64,000 bases of DNA. Source: Chthonomonadales bacterium (GTDB lineage: Bacteria; Armatimonadota; Chthonomonadetes; Chthonomonadales; CAJBBX01). The notes beneath the pieces were generated by a model. The model saw only the letters and a program-made list of their open reading frames with translations, was not told where the DNA came from and did not search any database. The stretch is taken from assembly GCA_037443035.1 (NCBI GenBank), contig JBBIPC010000006.1:64001-128000 (forward strand), written 5' to 3'. Made by a program: the position numbers and the translations under genes. Of this stretch, positions 61,516 to 64,000 are shown in pieces (within the stretch, counting starts at the first letter, position 1; each line of letters starts with the position of its first letter).

Positions 61516-61977
61516 GTGAACGCATTGGAGGCATACCGCAGAACCCAGGAGGCTCTGCGGAAGGAGTTCGACCCGCTAACGGCTCGACTGTGCCCACAGT
61601 GCCCGGATCCTTGCTGCCGCGTGCCGGCTCAGGTGACCCCGGTAGACGTGGCAATCGCGGTGGCGTGCGGATGGACGATACCGCCGGAGATGGGTATCGA
61701 AGACCCAATTTCAGCTGCAGCCGGCCAAGCCGGGCTTGCGCTGGCGCTCCAGGTAGAGCATGACGTCGCGCAAGCATGCCCTTTTCTCGGGACCTGGGGC
61801 TGCACCTTTCCCCGAGACGTGCGTCCATATGGCTGTACCGCGTTCGTCTGCCGTTTCCTCAACGAGCGGCTCGGGGCCAGAGGACGTGCTCGTGTGAGAC
61901 GGCTGCTCCATCAGTTGGCCAGGGACTACGCAAGGCTGTCGCCGACGTTCGCGCGCCGGTTCAGAGCAGCCCGCTAG
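61516..61977 (+). CDS. YkgJ-like CxxCxxxCC cysteine-cluster protein
   Basis: CPQCPDPCC...CPFL...GC...RPYGCTAFVC. Confidence 0.7.
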   Translation: MNALEAYRRTQEALRKEFDPLTARLCPQCPDPCCRVPAQVTPVDVAIAVACGWTIPPEMGIEDPISAAAGQAGLALALQVEHDVAQACPFLGTWGCTFPRDVRPYGCTAFVCRFLNERLGARGRARVRRLLHQLARDYARLSPTFARRFRAAR

Positions 61978-62636
61978 CGCGCGGTGCCAGGTACGCGCCC
62001 GGCATTCGGGAGCGTGACGAGACCGTACGGGCACTCCGTCCGCCCCGTGCGGACGGCCCATGCAGAGTCGCCGTACGAATAGTGCCAGAACTCCTCGCGG
62101 CAGTTGGAGAAGCCGGCATCCAGCATCGCCTCGACCATGATGCTACGGTTCTTACGGGCGCTTTCGGAGATTCTGTCCGTCCACGTGTACGCGGCCTCCC
62201 AGTTGCTCAGGGGAGAGGTCATATCGAGCGGCTCTCCGTCGGGGCCCAGTAACTGAACATCCACGGCGCCTCCCGTACAATGGCCTGGCGGTGCAGGCTG
62301 GTCCGTTGGAGCGAAGTAACGGTTCGTTGCGCGCCGCAAGACCGCTTCCGACCACATGGGATGCTCGGCCCGGAGCCGCGCGTAGTAGCCATCCCAATGC
62401 CTCCGCTGCTCGTCTATGGTGCGCAGGGCCGTTGTCACACGCAACCGCAGGTCGGCCGGTAGCTTGCCTGCTGCCGTGTTCAGCATCTCCGCAACCGTCT
62501 GCCGTAGGTACGGATGTGTCTTGTCGGCCACGATGATGTTCGGGCAAGCAGCGCGTATATCTACGAGCGGCTCACCTGTCTCGACGATACGTACGCGGTT
62601 GAGCGCGCGGATCGGTTCAGGAGCACCACGCCGCAT
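61974..62636 (-). CDS. D-Ala-D-Ala dipeptidase (peptidase M15D, VanX/DdpX-like)
   Basis: HCTGGAVD and EFWHYS Zn motifs. Confidence 0.9.
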   Translation of the reverse strand: MRRGAPEPIRALNRVRIVETGEPLVDIRAACPNIIVADKTHPYLRQTVAEMLNTAAGKLPADLRLRVTTALRTIDEQRRHWDGYYARLRAEHPMWSEAVLRRATNRYFAPTDQPAPPGHCTGGAVDVQLLGPDGEPLDMTSPLSNWEAAYTWTDRISESARKNRSIMVEAMLDAGFSNCREEFWHYSYGDSAWAVRTGRTECPYGLVTLPNAGRVPGTAR

Positions 62637-63050
62637 TCAGGGTCGGTCGTCCTCGAATATGTCGTCTTGATACGAATCGACATCGTCATCATCATCGCCA
62701 TCGTCTTCGGGATAGTCCATGAAGAACTCCTCGTCGTCGTCATCGTCATCATCCGAATCCGTGGAAGCGTCCGTGTACCGGCTGATTTCCTGACCTCGGA
62801 AAACGTTGGCGATGAAATCGGACCGTTCATAGCGGGGTAGATAGGCGCTGATGAGATCGTCATCCAGCATGGAGAGGATCTGTTCTTCCTCTTCCGTGGT
62901 TGCATCTCGCTCGAGAATGAGGGTGGCATAGACCGTGTCGTTGCCGTAGTGAATGTCCACTCTGCCCACGCGGTCCGAGCCATCCCAGAGGATATAGATC
63001 TCAGAGCTCGGGGTTCTGACTACACGAGAAAGCCTGTAAGGCGCGCTCAA
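62637..63050 (-). CDS. Small hypothetical protein with a long poly-Asp tail
   Basis: AAGGAG RBS before TTG 63050; RTPSSEIY...GRVDIHY core, then DSDDDDDDDEE... Confidence 0.75.
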   Translation of the reverse strand: MSAPYRLSRVVRTPSSEIYILWDGSDRVGRVDIHYGNDTVYATLILERDATTEEEEQILSMLDDDLISAYLPRYERSDFIANVFRGQEISRYTDASTDSDDDDDDDEEFFMDYPEDDGDDDDDVDSYQDDIFEDDRP

Positions 63051-63129
63051 CGGGGTCTCCTTGTCGGTAGGGCGTAGGCGGCGGGACTCAGCCCGGCAGC
63101 GTGTAGCCGTTCCGGGCACCTGCCCCGCA

Positions 63130-63951
63130 CTAGCGGGGCTTGGCTCCTAGCCGTCCCGATAGAATACCCTCTACAGCCACGGCGAATCCGTCATCCTCGA
63201 ATGCTGGTGCGATCCACGAGGCTGCCTGCTTCACCGACTCCTTGCCCGAACCCATGGCTATAGAGAAACCCGCCCACTGCAACATCGGGAGGTCGTTGCC
63301 GCCATCGCCAAACGCGAGCACCTCGTCGCGCCGGATGCCGAGCTTGTCTGCGAGAATACGCAGTGCACTGCCCTTGTTCGCACCGTGATGCATGAACTCC
63401 AGATACTCTGGGTTCGTTCTCGTTATGTACATGCGGTCGCCGTAGCGAGCCCGCATCGTTTCGTAGAGGTGGTCGGCAGTCGCCGGCGCATCGATCAGTA
63501 TCATCTTTGTTGGGGACGTGCCGATGAACTGACGTAGATCACCCACAACTTCCATCGGGGAACCTGTATGTCGGATGTAGAACTCAGCCCACGGTCCACG
63601 TTCAGCCACGTACAAGTGATCCTGGACATAGTAGTTGAGATGGTAGCCGTGCTCCGAGCAGAAGGAAATGATCTCGGCTGCCGGCTCAGGAGGTATGGTC
63701 AGGTGATGCCATGTCTCGTTGCTAGGGTGTAGCCGAATCATGGCGCCGTTGTAGGAAATGATCGGGCCAGTCAGATCGAGCATGTCTGCGAAGCGTGTCG
63801 TAGCCTGGTGCATGCGGCCGCTAGCGATAACAGGCTGGATGCCAGCCTGTCGCAGAGCCGCAATCGCGCGTCGGTTCGCATCGCTGATGGTGCCGTCGAA
63901 GGCGAGTATGGTTTCGTCGAGGTCTATAGCTGCGAGCTTGTATGTGCACAC
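63130..63951 (-). CDS. Cof-type HAD-IIB hydrolase
   Basis: DLDET, ASGR, YNGA, NKG, FGDGGND. Confidence 0.93.
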   Translation of the reverse strand: MCTYKLAAIDLDETILAFDGTISDANRRAIAALRQAGIQPVIASGRMHQATTRFADMLDLTGPIISYNGAMIRLHPSNETWHHLTIPPEPAAEIISFCSEHGYHLNYYVQDHLYVAERGPWAEFYIRHTGSPMEVVGDLRQFIGTSPTKMILIDAPATADHLYETMRARYGDRMYITRTNPEYLEFMHHGANKGSALRILADKLGIRRDEVLAFGDGGNDLPMLQWAGFSIAMGSGKESVKQAASWIAPAFEDDGFAVAVEGILSGRLGAKPR

Positions 63952-64000
63952 TGGGTTAGGTTACCCTGAGGGGGCGTACAGGATGTATGGGTGAAGCTCG

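Noticed and set aside
61974..62636. Vancomycin resistance cluster
   Set aside because: Lone M15D dipeptidase; no vanH, vanA, vanR or vanS

Overview
GC-rich, gene-dense chromosomal window, probably Armatimonadota. That is inferred from two N-methyl-pilin/DUF1559-type genes ([34 protein letters not shown]) and the gene mix. It holds about 57 protein genes, a 23S-5S rRNA pair with its own promoter and no 16S, and one tRNA-Gln(TTG). Housekeeping genes: mtaB, pyrK/pyrD, holA, rpsT, lipB, lpdA, tatC, a ychF paralogue, ybeY, rng, serA. Sugar genes: GH29, GH116, a GH-like secreted protein, a UxaA-family dehydratase, a DapA-family aldolase. No CRISPR, integrase, transposase or prophage was seen. Most interesting: (1) a KimA-like K+ transporter operon with a STAS-USP fusion and two TrkA proteins, behind a ~185-nt leader that can fold into a four-way junction; (2) a PspA (ESCRT-III) + 2TM coiled-coil + HPD-less J-domain operon; (3) a recurring SigH-like AGG(A/T/G)-N17/18-GAA(T/A) promoter motif; (4) a clostripain homologue with catalytic Cys replaced by Ser; (5) a membrane-anchored degenerate macrodomain; (6) a 34-aa FhaB-anchor-like microprotein before a PP2C phosphatase. 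All calls come from reading motifs by eye; no searches were run, and start codons are best estimates.
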